From Candidatus Multivoradales bacterium (GTDB taxonomy: Bacteria; Acidobacteriota; Thermoanaerobaculia; Multivoradales; JAHEKO01): a stretch of 64,000 nucleotides of DNA. Positions 10,323 through 19,087 of the stretch are shown piece after piece. The DNA is taken from positions 320,001-384,000 of the forward strand of contig CBDCVR010000013.1 of NCBI GenBank assembly GCA_965223155.1, in the 5' to 3' direction. Made by a program: the position numbers and the translations under genes. Every line of letters starts with the position of its first letter. The stretch's first letter is position 1. The notes beneath the pieces are model-generated. The model did no database searches, was not told the origin of the DNA, and worked only from the letters and a program-made list of their open reading frames with translations.

Positions 10323-10911
10323 CTACGAATAGAGATCGCCGGACAGGTAGCGCAGGCCGGAATCGACGATCACGGTGACGACGATCTTGCCCGGTCCGAG
10401 AGCGCGTGCTCGCTCCAGTGCGGCCCACACGTTCGCTCCGGAAGTGCTGCCGCCGAGAATCCCTGTTGACCTGGTCTGGCCAAAAGGTGCCCGGCTCCCC
10501 GACGAAGTCTCGCGTGCGGGCGATCATGCGATCGATGACGCCGGCAGTCAGGATCCCACCCTCGGCCGGCACAATCTCCACTGTGGCGCCGAAAGCGCGC
10601 ATGGTTTGGAGCTTTTCGGCCGAAAAGCCGTCCGAGGACACGAAATACGCACGATAACCCCGCTGGGCGCAGACCATAGCCAGGGAACTCCCGGTGCTGC
10701 CGCCTGTGTACTCGATGACTCGACCGCCGGCTGCCAGCTCGCCTCGGCTCTCGGCTCCTCGAATCATGGAGAGCGCCATGCGGTCCTTCATGCTGCCGGT
10801 GGGATTCGCTCCTTCGAGCTTGACGTATACGCTCGCCGACTCCGGCCCGGCCAGCCGTCGCAGCTTCACCATGGGCGTGCTGCCGATGCTCTGGAGTCGT
10901 CCGCCGCTCAC
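10323..10911 (-). pseudogene. Cysteine synthase (CysK/CysM family) with internal deletion and frameshift
   Basis: N-terminal 149 aa (KLEGANPTGSMKDR, TGGSTG) joins out of frame at ~10464 to the C-terminal GILGGSTSGANVWAA...VIVDSGLRYLSGDLYS*; the GTGGT region is missing. Confidence 0.85.
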
Positions 10912-10965
10912 TTGAAGTCCCTGGTGCCGCGCGCGTCGACCGGTGCGGACGGCTTCCCCGTCCGC

Positions 10966-11841
10966 TTAGGACTCGTCTTCGCTCTTCAGCCGATCCAGAA
11001 TCGTTTCGAGCGCCTGGATCACGTCCGCCTTCTCCACGTCCTGCTGCCGGAACTTGAGCGACACCCGGAAGTTCTTGTCCGGGTCGCGGAAGGTGAAGCT
11101 GGGGGTGGACGGACCGCCTCGTCTCTGCGGCTGGCGCTTCCGGGCCCGCACCTGGTCCCGGAGCCCCTCGCGGTCGATCTCACGGGCGGCAAAGGCTTCG
11201 ACGAGATGGATCTGGTCGGCTTCGGAGGCGCCGGCCTTCTCGATCTCGAGGAGGACCGACTTCGTCGTCACCCCCAGGGCATCAGCGGCGTCCCGCACAC
11301 GCTGTCCGAGCTTCAAGAGCTGAAGGCTCTCGGTCACCGAGCTCCGCGACTTGCTGATCGCGGAGGCGATTTGCTCGTGGGTATAGCCGTGGATCTCCCC
11401 CAACGCACGGTAGCCTTCGGCTTCCTCGAACGGAGTCAGGTCCTTGCGCTGGAGGTTTTCGATGAGAGCGATCTCCAGGGCTTCGTCTTCCTCGACGTCC
11501 ATGATGATGGCAGGGATCTCGTCACTCTCCAGAGCCTGGGCGGCCTGGAACCGGCGCTCGCCGGAGATGATCCGGTAACGTCGGCCGTGGCGAGCTTCCA
11601 GCTCCTCCAGAGGCCGGACCAGAATCGGCTCCAAGACACCCTTGTCCCGGATGGATTCGACCAGCTCGTGCAGGTCTCCCATCGTGCTTCGCGGCTGGTT
11701 GGGGTCGGGCTCGATGGCCGACATCGGCAGCATGCGGCCGATGCTTTCGCTCGGCGTGCGCTCGACCAGCTCGTCAACGAAATGTTGGTCGTGCCGCATC
11801 TTGACGCGGAGCGGCAGGCCGCGCTTGCTGGTTTCAGACAC
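10966..11841 (-). CDS. parB: ParB/Spo0J family CTP-dependent partition protein
   Basis: PNQPR, GVLEPILVR, ISGERRFQAA (CTP motif), ALIENLQRKDL, HTH HEQIASAISKSRSSVTESL. Confidence 0.93.
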   Translation of the reverse strand: MSETSKRGLPLRVKMRHDQHFVDELVERTPSESIGRMLPMSAIEPDPNQPRSTMGDLHELVESIRDKGVLEPILVRPLEELEARHGRRYRIISGERRFQAAQALESDEIPAIIMDVEEDEALEIALIENLQRKDLTPFEEAEGYRALGEIHGYTHEQIASAISKSRSSVTESLQLLKLGQRVRDAADALGVTTKSVLLEIEKAGASEADQIHLVEAFAAREIDREGLRDQVRARKRQPQRRGGPSTPSFTFRDPDKNFRVSLKFRQQDVEKADVIQALETILDRLKSEDES

Positions 11842-12592
11842 GGCTCAGAACCTCCTCGGACAGCTTGTAGTACTCGAAGGCCCCGCTCGAGCGGGGCGAA
11901 AACGTGAAGATCGATTCCCGGTAGGCCGGGCTCTCTTCCAGCCGGACGCTCTTCGAGATGACGGTATCGAAGAGCTTCTTGCCGAAAACCTGCGAGACCT
12001 GCTCGCGAATGTCCCTGGAGAGCTTGGTGCGCTTGTCGAAGAGGGTCAGCACCGCCCCCAGAAGCTGAAGCTGGGGGTTGGTGCGGTACTTGATCTTGTC
12101 GATGGTCTCGAGCAGGTCGTCCGTGCCTTCGAGCGCGTAGTAGCTCGACTGGATCGGGATCAAGACGTGGGTCGCGGCCGCGAGCGCGTTGACCGTGATG
12201 ATTCCCAGCGTCGGGGGCGTGTCGATGACGATGTGCTCCCAGCGCCGGCGAACGGGCTTGATCGAGTCCTTGAGACGGTAGAAGCTGTCGATCTCGCCCA
12301 TGAGCTTGGCTTCCACCTTGGCCAGGCTGATTGAAGCCGGGGCGACCCAGAGGTTCGAGACGCTATCGACCTCCTGCACGACCTCGGGAAAGCCGATGTC
12401 CGGATCGGTCAGGACGTGGTAGACGGAGCGTTCGGTGCCGTCGAGATCCAGAAATGACAGGGAGCTGTTGGCCTGCGGGTCCAAGTCGATCAGCAGGGTT
12501 TTCTGCCCCTTGGAAGCGAACGCCGCGGCCAAGTTGATGGCGGTCGTGGTCTTCCCCACCCCGCCTTTTTGGTTGGTAATCGCGACGATCAT
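11834..12592 (-). CDS. parA: ParA/Soj family ATPase
   Basis: Deviant Walker A NQKGGVGKTT, DLDPQAN, IDTPP, SVRLEESP; overlaps the parB start. Confidence 0.96.
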   Translation of the reverse strand: MIVAITNQKGGVGKTTTAINLAAAFASKGQKTLLIDLDPQANSSLSFLDLDGTERSVYHVLTDPDIGFPEVVQEVDSVSNLWVAPASISLAKVEAKLMGEIDSFYRLKDSIKPVRRRWEHIVIDTPPTLGIITVNALAAATHVLIPIQSSYYALEGTDDLLETIDKIKYRTNPQLQLLGAVLTLFDKRTKLSRDIREQVSQVFGKKLFDTVISKSVRLEESPAYRESIFTFSPRSSGAFEYYKLSEEVLSRV

Positions 12593-12603
12593 CCGTCGGG
12601 CGC

Positions 12604-12632
12604 AGTGTATGGAACCGGCCCGAACGGGTCAA
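12604..12632 (-). promoter_or_regulatory. sigma70-type promoter of parAB
   Basis: TTGACC-17 bp-TACACT, 11 nt before the parA ATG, no Shine-Dalgarno. Confidence 0.7.
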
Positions 12633-12681
12633 CTGGCAATAGGCGCGACTGCGTGGGCGCTCGAACGGGCTCGGTCGTGCC

Positions 12682-12701
12682 AATGTCGGCATGCCGACAT
12701 T
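12682..12701. promoter_or_regulatory. Perfect 20-bp palindrome AATGTCGGCATGCCGACATT, candidate parS-like or operator site
   Basis: Exact dyad symmetry with no spacer, intergenic, about 50 bp upstream of the parAB -35 box; function inferred. Confidence 0.6.
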
Positions 12702-12744
12702 CGAGCCAAGCCGCTGACCCGGAGGGACTTGCGGCTTGCCGGGA

Positions 12745-13257
12745 CTACATTTCGTACTTGCCGAAGTCCTCGGGCTTGGCTTCTTCGAGCCACTTCTTGA
12801 GACGCTCTTCGTCGGCGACGCGCTCGCTCAAGCCTTCGACTTGGGCCTTTTCGAAGACGTCTTCGTCCACGAAGAGCGGCGCGTCGGCTCGCAGCGCAAG
12901 GGCGATGGCGTCGGACGGGCGAGAATCCACGGTGCGGGCCCCGAACGACCCGTCAAGGTGGATTTCGGCAAAGAATGTGCTGTCTCGAAGATCGGTCACG
13001 ACGACCTTCGAGACCGAGGCGTCCACCTCCACAAGCAAATTGCGCAGCAGATCGTGAGTCAGCGGCCGGGGCGCATCGACGTCTTCGAGGAAGAGGGCAA
13101 TTGCCTGGGCCTCGAAGACGCCGATCCAGATCGGCAAATAGCGCTCGCCGTCGGCGTCATGGAGCACGACGATCGGGAGGTTGCTGCTGGGATCCAGCAT
13201 CAGGCCGCGAACCTCGACCAGGACTCGATCGTGGGAGCTGCCGCCGTCGTCGGTCAT
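12745..13257 (-). CDS. Bifunctional nuclease family protein (DUF151)
   Basis: LPIWIGVFEAQAI, RPLTHDL, DSRPSDAIALALR. Confidence 0.93.
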   Translation of the reverse strand: MTDDGGSSHDRVLVEVRGLMLDPSSNLPIVVLHDADGERYLPIWIGVFEAQAIALFLEDVDAPRPLTHDLLRNLLVEVDASVSKVVVTDLRDSTFFAEIHLDGSFGARTVDSRPSDAIALALRADAPLFVDEDVFEKAQVEGLSERVADEERLKKWLEEAKPEDFGKYEM

Positions 13258-13317
13258 GCCCGGGCATTGTGCGACGGGGCGGCGTCTCGGTCAAGCGAGC
13301 GCGCCTCAGGACAGTGG

Positions 13318-14739
13318 TCAGCAGGCGATGACGGCAAGCGCCGGTGCAGGCCGCTCGCTCAAGCGGCCAATCAAGCTGTGCGGCAGCGCCTGCTCGATGC
13401 GCACCGGCACGATCTCGCCCACCGGGATGGCGCTTCCTCCGTCGAGGGGAAAGTGCGCGACCCGATGGCAGGGAGTCCGTCCGGTCTGGGTGCCCGGGCG
13501 CTTGCCCCAGCCGGTGACCAGGACCTCCAGGGTGGAGCCGACGAGCGCCTGGTTCAGTCGGAGCTGGATCGGTTCCTGGGCCCGGAACAGTTTCTGGAGT
13601 CGGCGATCCGCGACCTCGGCCGCGACCGGAGGCCCCAGCTTGGGGGCCGCGGTTCCCGGACGGGGCGAGTACTTGAAGGCGAAGATGGAGCTGAACTCGA
13701 GCTCGTGGACCAGGGCCAGGGTGCGTTCGAACTCGGCTTCAGTCTCCCCCGGAAATCCCACGATGAGGTCGGTCGAGAGCGCCAGGTCCGGCCGAGCCGC
13801 GCGCAGGTCCGCCACCAGCTCCCGGTAGCTCTCGATGGTGTAACCCCGTCCCATCCGGTGCAGGACCTCGTTCGAGCCCGACTGGACGGGCAAGTGGAGA
13901 TAGGGACTGATATTGGCGTGGCGGCCCACCTGCTCCACCATGCGCGGCGTGAAGTCGCGTGGGTACGAGGTGACGAAGCGCAGGCGGTCGACACCCGGAA
14001 TGGTGGCCACCCGGTCCAGGAGATCCGCGAAGTCGCCGGCGCCGTCGGGATCGACCCAGTGGTTCACGGTCTGGCCCAGGAGCTCGATCTCCCGGAAGCC
14101 GAACTCCACCAGGTGCCGAACCTCGGCGAGTACGTCGCTCATGGTCCGGCTCAGCTCTGGACCCCGCGTCTGGGGCACGATGCAGAACGTGCAGTTCTTG
14201 TTGCAGCCCTCGATGATCGTAACCATGCCCTTGAAGGAGCCGTCCCGGGCAATCGCATTCAGGTCGTAGTCGCGATCCTCGGGAAAGCCGACCGCCACCA
14301 CCCGCTCGCCGGCACGGCGGCGGTCCAGCACGTCCAGAATCTCCCCGACCCGGGCGGGACCCAGGACGAAGTCCAGATCGGGCACTCGCCGCAGGGCACG
14401 CTCCCCCGCCTCCTGGGCGACGCATCCGCACAGGCCGATGGCGAGGTGCGGCCGATCGGCCTTCAAACGCCGGTACTCGCCCAGCCGGGAATAGACCTTC
14501 TGCTCGGCCTTCTCGCGGACGCTACAGGAATTGAGCAGGATGAGATCGGCATCGGCCGGGGCGCGCGTCGGCAGGAATCCCGCCTCCATCAGCTTGCCCG
14601 CCAGGCGCTGGCTGTCGAGCTCGTTCATCTGGCAGCCCCAGGTCTCGACGAAAAAGCGCCGGCCGCTACTCGGGACCGCGTCCGACGGAACCTGGTCCGA
14701 TTCGGGGCTGGCCGGGCGAGCCTGCTGGTCAGTCTCCAT
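13318..14739 (-). CDS. miaB: tRNA-2-methylthio-N6-dimethylallyladenosine synthase
   Basis: ETWGCQMNELDS, NSCSVREKAE, radical-SAM GCNKNCTFCIVP, HLPVQSGS, C-terminal TRAM domain. Confidence 0.96.
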   Translation of the reverse strand: METDQQARPASPESDQVPSDAVPSSGRRFFVETWGCQMNELDSQRLAGKLMEAGFLPTRAPADADLILLNSCSVREKAEQKVYSRLGEYRRLKADRPHLAIGLCGCVAQEAGERALRRVPDLDFVLGPARVGEILDVLDRRRAGERVVAVGFPEDRDYDLNAIARDGSFKGMVTIIEGCNKNCTFCIVPQTRGPELSRTMSDVLAEVRHLVEFGFREIELLGQTVNHWVDPDGAGDFADLLDRVATIPGVDRLRFVTSYPRDFTPRMVEQVGRHANISPYLHLPVQSGSNEVLHRMGRGYTIESYRELVADLRAARPDLALSTDLIVGFPGETEAEFERTLALVHELEFSSIFAFKYSPRPGTAAPKLGPPVAAEVADRRLQKLFRAQEPIQLRLNQALVGSTLEVLVTGWGKRPGTQTGRTPCHRVAHFPLDGGSAIPVGEIVPVRIEQALPHSLIGRLSERPAPALAVIAC

Positions 14740-15709
14740 CGGGATCCTCGGCGATCGTCGGCTCCCCCACGACGTGTTCCCTGGGCTTCGGAGCGGAGGT
14801 GACCGCCTCCACCTCGAACTCGGGTTCGAGCTCACGGCCTTCCCGCAGCCAACCCGGCAGCGCTCCTGCCCGGCGGCCTTCCTCGAGAATCTGCCCGACG
14901 GCGCGCTCGAACTCCAGGGCCGCGCTTCGCGCCTCTTCCAGCCGGTCCAGAGCTCGATCCCACTGCGGCTTGATGCGTCGATCCCGGTAGTAGGGATCGT
15001 CCTCTTCGTAGAACTGGGTGCGCAGCTCGGTAATGCGCCGCTGGAGATGCAGGATTTCTTCCGCCGCGTTGTGCCAGTTGGTCCGGGCCTCCAGGATTCG
15101 ACGGCGCCAGAATTGCTCGACCGTCTCCGGGTCGCCGGGCTCTGCCGAGGGTCCGGTTGCGGCGCTCTCGGACTCGCCTTGGGCCGGAGTGCCGTCGGGC
15201 GCCGCATCCGAGCCGGCCACGGCGCCGCCGACGGTCATTTCGGTCAACTGGCCCTTCGACCAGTTCTTCAGATTCTTGTCGGTGATGACCGCGATCTGCT
15301 CACTGCTCCCCTTGCGCCGTTCGCGTTCGGCTCTGGCTGCTTCGACCAGGGCGCGCCGCCGATCCTGGGCGGGCATCTCGGTGGCGCTGTCCTCCAGGAC
15401 CACGGTCTTGGCATCGGAGACCGAGGCGGCCGCGGCCTCCGAGGCCGAGCCCGAGCTCGATTCGGAGCCCGAATCCGAAGGCGTGGTGGCGGTTCGAGTG
15501 CCATCGGACGCAGCAGGGGCCGGGCTCTCAGATGCGGCCGCCGCCGTTGCCGGGTCGGTGGGCGGCGCGGTCGAGGCCATGGTCTGGGGCGGCAGGCGGT
15601 CGGTCTTGGGCTGGCTGGCGCAGCCGCTGATGCCGGCCCAGAGCATGAGTGCGCAAACGGCGGCCACCAGGGACGGCGCAATCTGAACTGGGTTGCACGA
15701 GGTTGCCAC
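14729..15709 (-). CDS. Hypothetical lipoprotein with Ala/Ser/Pro-rich linker and coiled coil (start uncertain; 15778 alternative)
   Basis: Lipobox ISGC after a hydrophobic stretch; co-oriented between ptsI and miaB. Confidence 0.7.
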   Translation of the reverse strand: MATSCNPVQIAPSLVAAVCALMLWAGISGCASQPKTDRLPPQTMASTAPPTDPATAAAASESPAPAASDGTRTATTPSDSGSESSSGSASEAAAASVSDAKTVVLEDSATEMPAQDRRRALVEAARAERERRKGSSEQIAVITDKNLKNWSKGQLTEMTVGGAVAGSDAAPDGTPAQGESESAATGPSAEPGDPETVEQFWRRRILEARTNWHNAAEEILHLQRRITELRTQFYEEDDPYYRDRRIKPQWDRALDRLEEARSAALEFERAVGQILEEGRRAGALPGWLREGRELEPEFEVEAVTSAPKPREHVVGEPTIAEDPDGD

Positions 15710-15714
15710 GGCGT

Positions 15715-17490
15715 TCAGCCTCCGGGGCTTGGGTCCGGCAGGGCTCGCACCGTATCCGGGATCAGGGGCTTCAGGCATTCTAGAACCTCGTCGGCGGTGG
15801 CGGCGTCCAGCAGATCGTCCCGAGCGGCTTCGAGGCGGTGGATCTCGCCGGCGCGAATCGCGCTCTTGACGTCCGGGATGGCGCACGGATTGAGCGACAG
15901 CCTGCGGATACCGAGTCCGGCCAGCAGCAACGCCGCCCGGGGTTCCGAAGCCATCTCGCCACAGACCGAGACGTCGATGCCGGCCCGCTCCCCTGCCTCG
16001 ACGACGAATCGTACCATGCGCAAGATCGCCGGATGGAGGGGCTGGTAGAGGTACGAGACGTCTTCATTATTGCGATCGACCGCCATCGAATACTGGATCA
16101 GATCGTTGGTTCCGATGGCGAAGAACGACACTTCGCGGGCCAATTCCGGAGCCAGCCAGACCGCGACCGGGACTTCGATCATGACGCCCAGCTCGAAGTC
16201 GAGGGAGTGTTCGATGCCCTGGCGCTTCAGAGCGGCGGCCTCCTCGGCGATCATCGCTCGGAAGGCCCGGATCTCGTCAACCGTGGCCACCAGCGGCACC
16301 ATGACCCGCAGCGGTCCCCGCGACGCCGCCCGCAAGAGCGCGCGCGTCTGGACCGCGAAAATGTCGGGCTGAGAGAGCGTCAGCCGGATGCCGCGCATGC
16401 CCAGCACGGGATTTTCCTCGACGCGATGGACAAGCTCCTGAGCCAGTTTGCGGCCGCCCAGGTCGAACGTCCGCACCGTGACCGGCCGCGGTGCCATTGC
16501 CGTCAGCATGCGCTCGTAAAGCTCGACGTGCTCGTCCTCGGACGGGATCTCAGGGCTCTTCTCGATGTACAGGAACTCCGACCGGTAGAGGCCGATGCCC
16601 TCGGCCCCGAACTCTCGAGCCTCGTCGATCTCTTCTGGGAGGTCGATGTTGGCGGCGAGCTGGACCACGACGCCGTCCTCGGACTCGGCTCGCAGCGATC
16701 GGGACTCGACGGCCTTGGCCCGGCGTGCCCGCCGACGGGTCTCGCCGGCTCGGTAGGCCTCGCGGGCGGCGCTTCGTGGGTGGAGGACGACCTGGCCCGT
16801 GTCGCCGTCCACGATCAGCGGATCGTCGTCGATGACGCGCTCGGTCAGGCCCTTGAGGCCCGCCACCATCGGGATGTGGAGGGAGCGCGCGATGATCGCG
16901 GTATGCGACGTCCGGCTGCCGGTCTCGATGGCAAAGCCGATGACCCGCTCCCGGCCCAACCGCACCGCTTCGGAGGGCGTCAGGTCGTGGGCGACGATCA
17001 CCATCGCCTCCTGGAGCTCCGAGAGATCGTGGTGATCGATGCCGGCGAGCGCCCGCTGTAGGTACCGGGTCACGTCCCAGACGTCCTCGCTACGCTCGCG
17101 CAGGTGAGCCACGTCCAGCGCGCGAAACTGCTCGGCGATCTCGTTGGCGGTCTCATGAACCGCCCACTCGGCATTGACCTGCTCGGAGCGGATCCGGCTC
17201 GCGATGCGGCCGGTGAAGGCGTCGTCGGCGAGCAACAGGGCGTGCGCGTCGAAGATCGCGGCCATCTCGCTTCCGGCCTCGGCTTCGGCCTTGCGGCGAG
17301 TCTTTGCGAGGTCGGACTGGGCCTTGGCCACGGCCTCGCCGAAGCGAGCGAGCTCGGCCTCGAGCTTGCCGGGCGAGAGCGGCAGCCGGAAGACCTCGAT
17401 CTGGTGGGGAGCGATGCACACGGCACGTCCCATTGCGGCTCCGGGCGCCGCGGCCAGGCCTTGAACGATCTCCTCCTGGGCCCGCGCCAC
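15715..17490 (-). CDS. ptsI: PTS enzyme I (PEP-protein phosphotransferase), no GAF domain
   Basis: GSRTSHTAIIARS phospho-His motif, GLYRSEFLY, ENPVLGMRGIR, IGTNDLIQY, VCGEMA. Confidence 0.96.
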   Translation of the reverse strand: MARAQEEIVQGLAAAPGAAMGRAVCIAPHQIEVFRLPLSPGKLEAELARFGEAVAKAQSDLAKTRRKAEAEAGSEMAAIFDAHALLLADDAFTGRIASRIRSEQVNAEWAVHETANEIAEQFRALDVAHLRERSEDVWDVTRYLQRALAGIDHHDLSELQEAMVIVAHDLTPSEAVRLGRERVIGFAIETGSRTSHTAIIARSLHIPMVAGLKGLTERVIDDDPLIVDGDTGQVVLHPRSAAREAYRAGETRRRARRAKAVESRSLRAESEDGVVVQLAANIDLPEEIDEAREFGAEGIGLYRSEFLYIEKSPEIPSEDEHVELYERMLTAMAPRPVTVRTFDLGGRKLAQELVHRVEENPVLGMRGIRLTLSQPDIFAVQTRALLRAASRGPLRVMVPLVATVDEIRAFRAMIAEEAAALKRQGIEHSLDFELGVMIEVPVAVWLAPELAREVSFFAIGTNDLIQYSMAVDRNNEDVSYLYQPLHPAILRMVRFVVEAGERAGIDVSVCGEMASEPRAALLLAGLGIRRLSLNPCAIPDVKSAIRAGEIHRLEAARDDLLDAATADEVLECLKPLIPDTVRALPDPSPGG

Positions 17491-17492
17491 GC

Positions 17493-17762
17493 TCAGGCTC
17501 CTTCTCCGAAGCGGCCGTCGATGAGGGTCGCGATGGCGGCCATCGCTTCCCCCTCGTCGCGGCCATCGCAGCGCACCGTGACCGAGCTACCCTGGGCTGC
17601 CGCCAAGAGCAAGACGCCCAGAATGCTCTTGGCATCGACCTCTTGTCCGTCCTTGGCGAGGGTGATGTGGGCGTCGAAGCGGCCGGTGGTATGGACGAGT
17701 TTGGCGGCCGCGCGAGCGTGAAGACCCAGCTCGTTGACGATCTCGAGGGTGCGTTCGATCAC
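17493..17762 (-). CDS. ptsH: HPr phosphocarrier protein
   Basis: GLHARAAA (His15) and DAKSILG (Ser46). Confidence 0.96.
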   Translation of the reverse strand: MIERTLEIVNELGLHARAAAKLVHTTGRFDAHITLAKDGQEVDAKSILGVLLLAAAQGSSVTVRCDGRDEGEAMAAIATLIDGRFGEGA

Positions 17763-18205
17763 GGCCGCCCCGGCTCCGCGGGGTCTGTCTTGCCGGCTCT
17801 ACCGCCACTGCCGGTTTCGACGCCCGGGGCGCGACACACACTGGCCCGTCCCTTGGATTCGAGCCAGGAGGCCAGCTCGTCGACCGACTTGTCGTCACAG
17901 CCTGGGCAACAGAGGCGCACCGCCATCGGCACATTGACTCCGGCCAGAACCGCGACTTTGCCTGGCGCCACGAATTCGCTGGCGACGTTAAAGGGCGTGC
18001 CGCCCGGGACGTCGGTCAGGATCAGAAGGCCCTCGTCGGCGTAACGCTCGACCAGTCCGGCGAGGGTCTGCCGGATTGCGGAACGAGTCGCTTCCCAATC
18101 CAGCTCCACGACTTCGAGAGGCTCGCCGTGGCCGGTGATGCGGGCGGCGGCCGCGGCCAGGGCCCGGCCGAAGCCGCCCTGGGCCAGAACCACGGTATGG
18201 ATCAC
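17759..18205 (-). CDS. PTS EIIA, mannose/fructose family (phospho-His replaced by Gln)
   Basis: LILTDVPGGTPFN and VLAGVNVPM; GTG start overlaps the rapZ stop (GTGA); VLAQG where THG is expected. Confidence 0.85.
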   Translation of the reverse strand: MIHTVVLAQGGFGRALAAAAARITGHGEPLEVVELDWEATRSAIRQTLAGLVERYADEGLLILTDVPGGTPFNVASEFVAPGKVAVLAGVNVPMAVRLCCPGCDDKSVDELASWLESKGRASVCRAPGVETGSGGRAGKTDPAEPGRP

Positions 18206-19080
18206 GACCGGGCTTCCCGGCCCTCGCGACGGGCGATGTCGCGGTGATTGAGTTGCACCGGCCAGTTCGCGGCGCGCAGGCGCGAAGCGAGCCATTCTGC
18301 CGTGGCCACCGAGCGATGACGGCCGCCCGTGCAGCCAACGGCTAGGGTCAGATAGCTTCGGTTCTCGCGGCGGTACTTGGGCAGTACCCAGGCCACGAAG
18401 TCGTCCATCCGCCGGCAGAGCTCGCCGAACTCGTCCTCGGCCTCCAAGAAGTCGCGCACCGGGGCGTCGGCTCCGGTCAGCTCCCGCAGGCCGTCTACGA
18501 AGTGCGGATTGGGCAGGAAGCGGACGTCGAAGAGGAGATCGGTTCCCTTGGGGATCCCGAACTTGAAGCCGAAGCTCACGACCGAAACCGTCAAGCGGCC
18601 GCGGCCGTCGGGTCCGACCGCGGCGTACTCGCGCAAGACGTGCTGGCGCAGGTCGTGGACCGACCACTCGCCGGTGTCGATGACGAGATCGGCCCGCGCC
18701 CGCAGCGGAGCGAGGAGCTCGCGCTCTTCCCGGATGCCGTCGATGACCATCCGATCGAGGGCCAGAGGATGAGGGCGGCGGGTCTCCGAGAAACGCCGCA
18801 CCAGGACGTCGTCCGACGCCTCGAAGAAGATCAGGACGGCGGAGTCGATTTGGTCCAGGACGGCCGGAAAGTCGTCCAGAAAACCCGGCGAGCGGACGTC
18901 AGCCACGATCGCAATGCGGTGCCGCTCGGGAGCCAGCTCGGCGCGCTTCTCCACCAGCTGCTCGACCAGCGCCGGCGGCAGGTTGTCGACGCAGTAGTAG
19001 CCAGCGTCTTCGAAACACTTAGCGGCCGTGCTTTTGCCCGAGCCCGAGAGGCCGGTAATCAGAACGATCCGGTCGCTCAT
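18202..19080 (-). CDS. rapZ: RNase adapter RapZ (P-loop protein)
   Basis: ITGLSGSGKS, CVDNLP, RRFSETRRPHPL, SFGFKFG, DVRFLPNP, GCTGGRHRSV. Confidence 0.96.
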   Translation of the reverse strand: MSDRIVLITGLSGSGKSTAAKCFEDAGYYCVDNLPPALVEQLVEKRAELAPERHRIAIVADVRSPGFLDDFPAVLDQIDSAVLIFFEASDDVLVRRFSETRRPHPLALDRMVIDGIREERELLAPLRARADLVIDTGEWSVHDLRQHVLREYAAVGPDGRGRLTVSVVSFGFKFGIPKGTDLLFDVRFLPNPHFVDGLRELTGADAPVRDFLEAEDEFGELCRRMDDFVAWVLPKYRRENRSYLTLAVGCTGGRHRSVATAEWLASRLRAANWPVQLNHRDIARREGREARS

Positions 19081-19087
19081 CCCGTCC

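Noticed and set aside
10966-12745. Chromosomal replication origin near parAB
   Set aside because: No dnaA/dnaN/mnmG, no DnaA-box cluster, no AT-rich unwinding element and no canonical parS seen in the window
12736-14802. 688-aa plus-strand ORF and other long antisense ORFs (28660-30915, 42989-44968, 55742-57418, 58190-59725)
   Set aside because: Antisense shadows of well-supported genes, expected at high GC; no recognisable motifs
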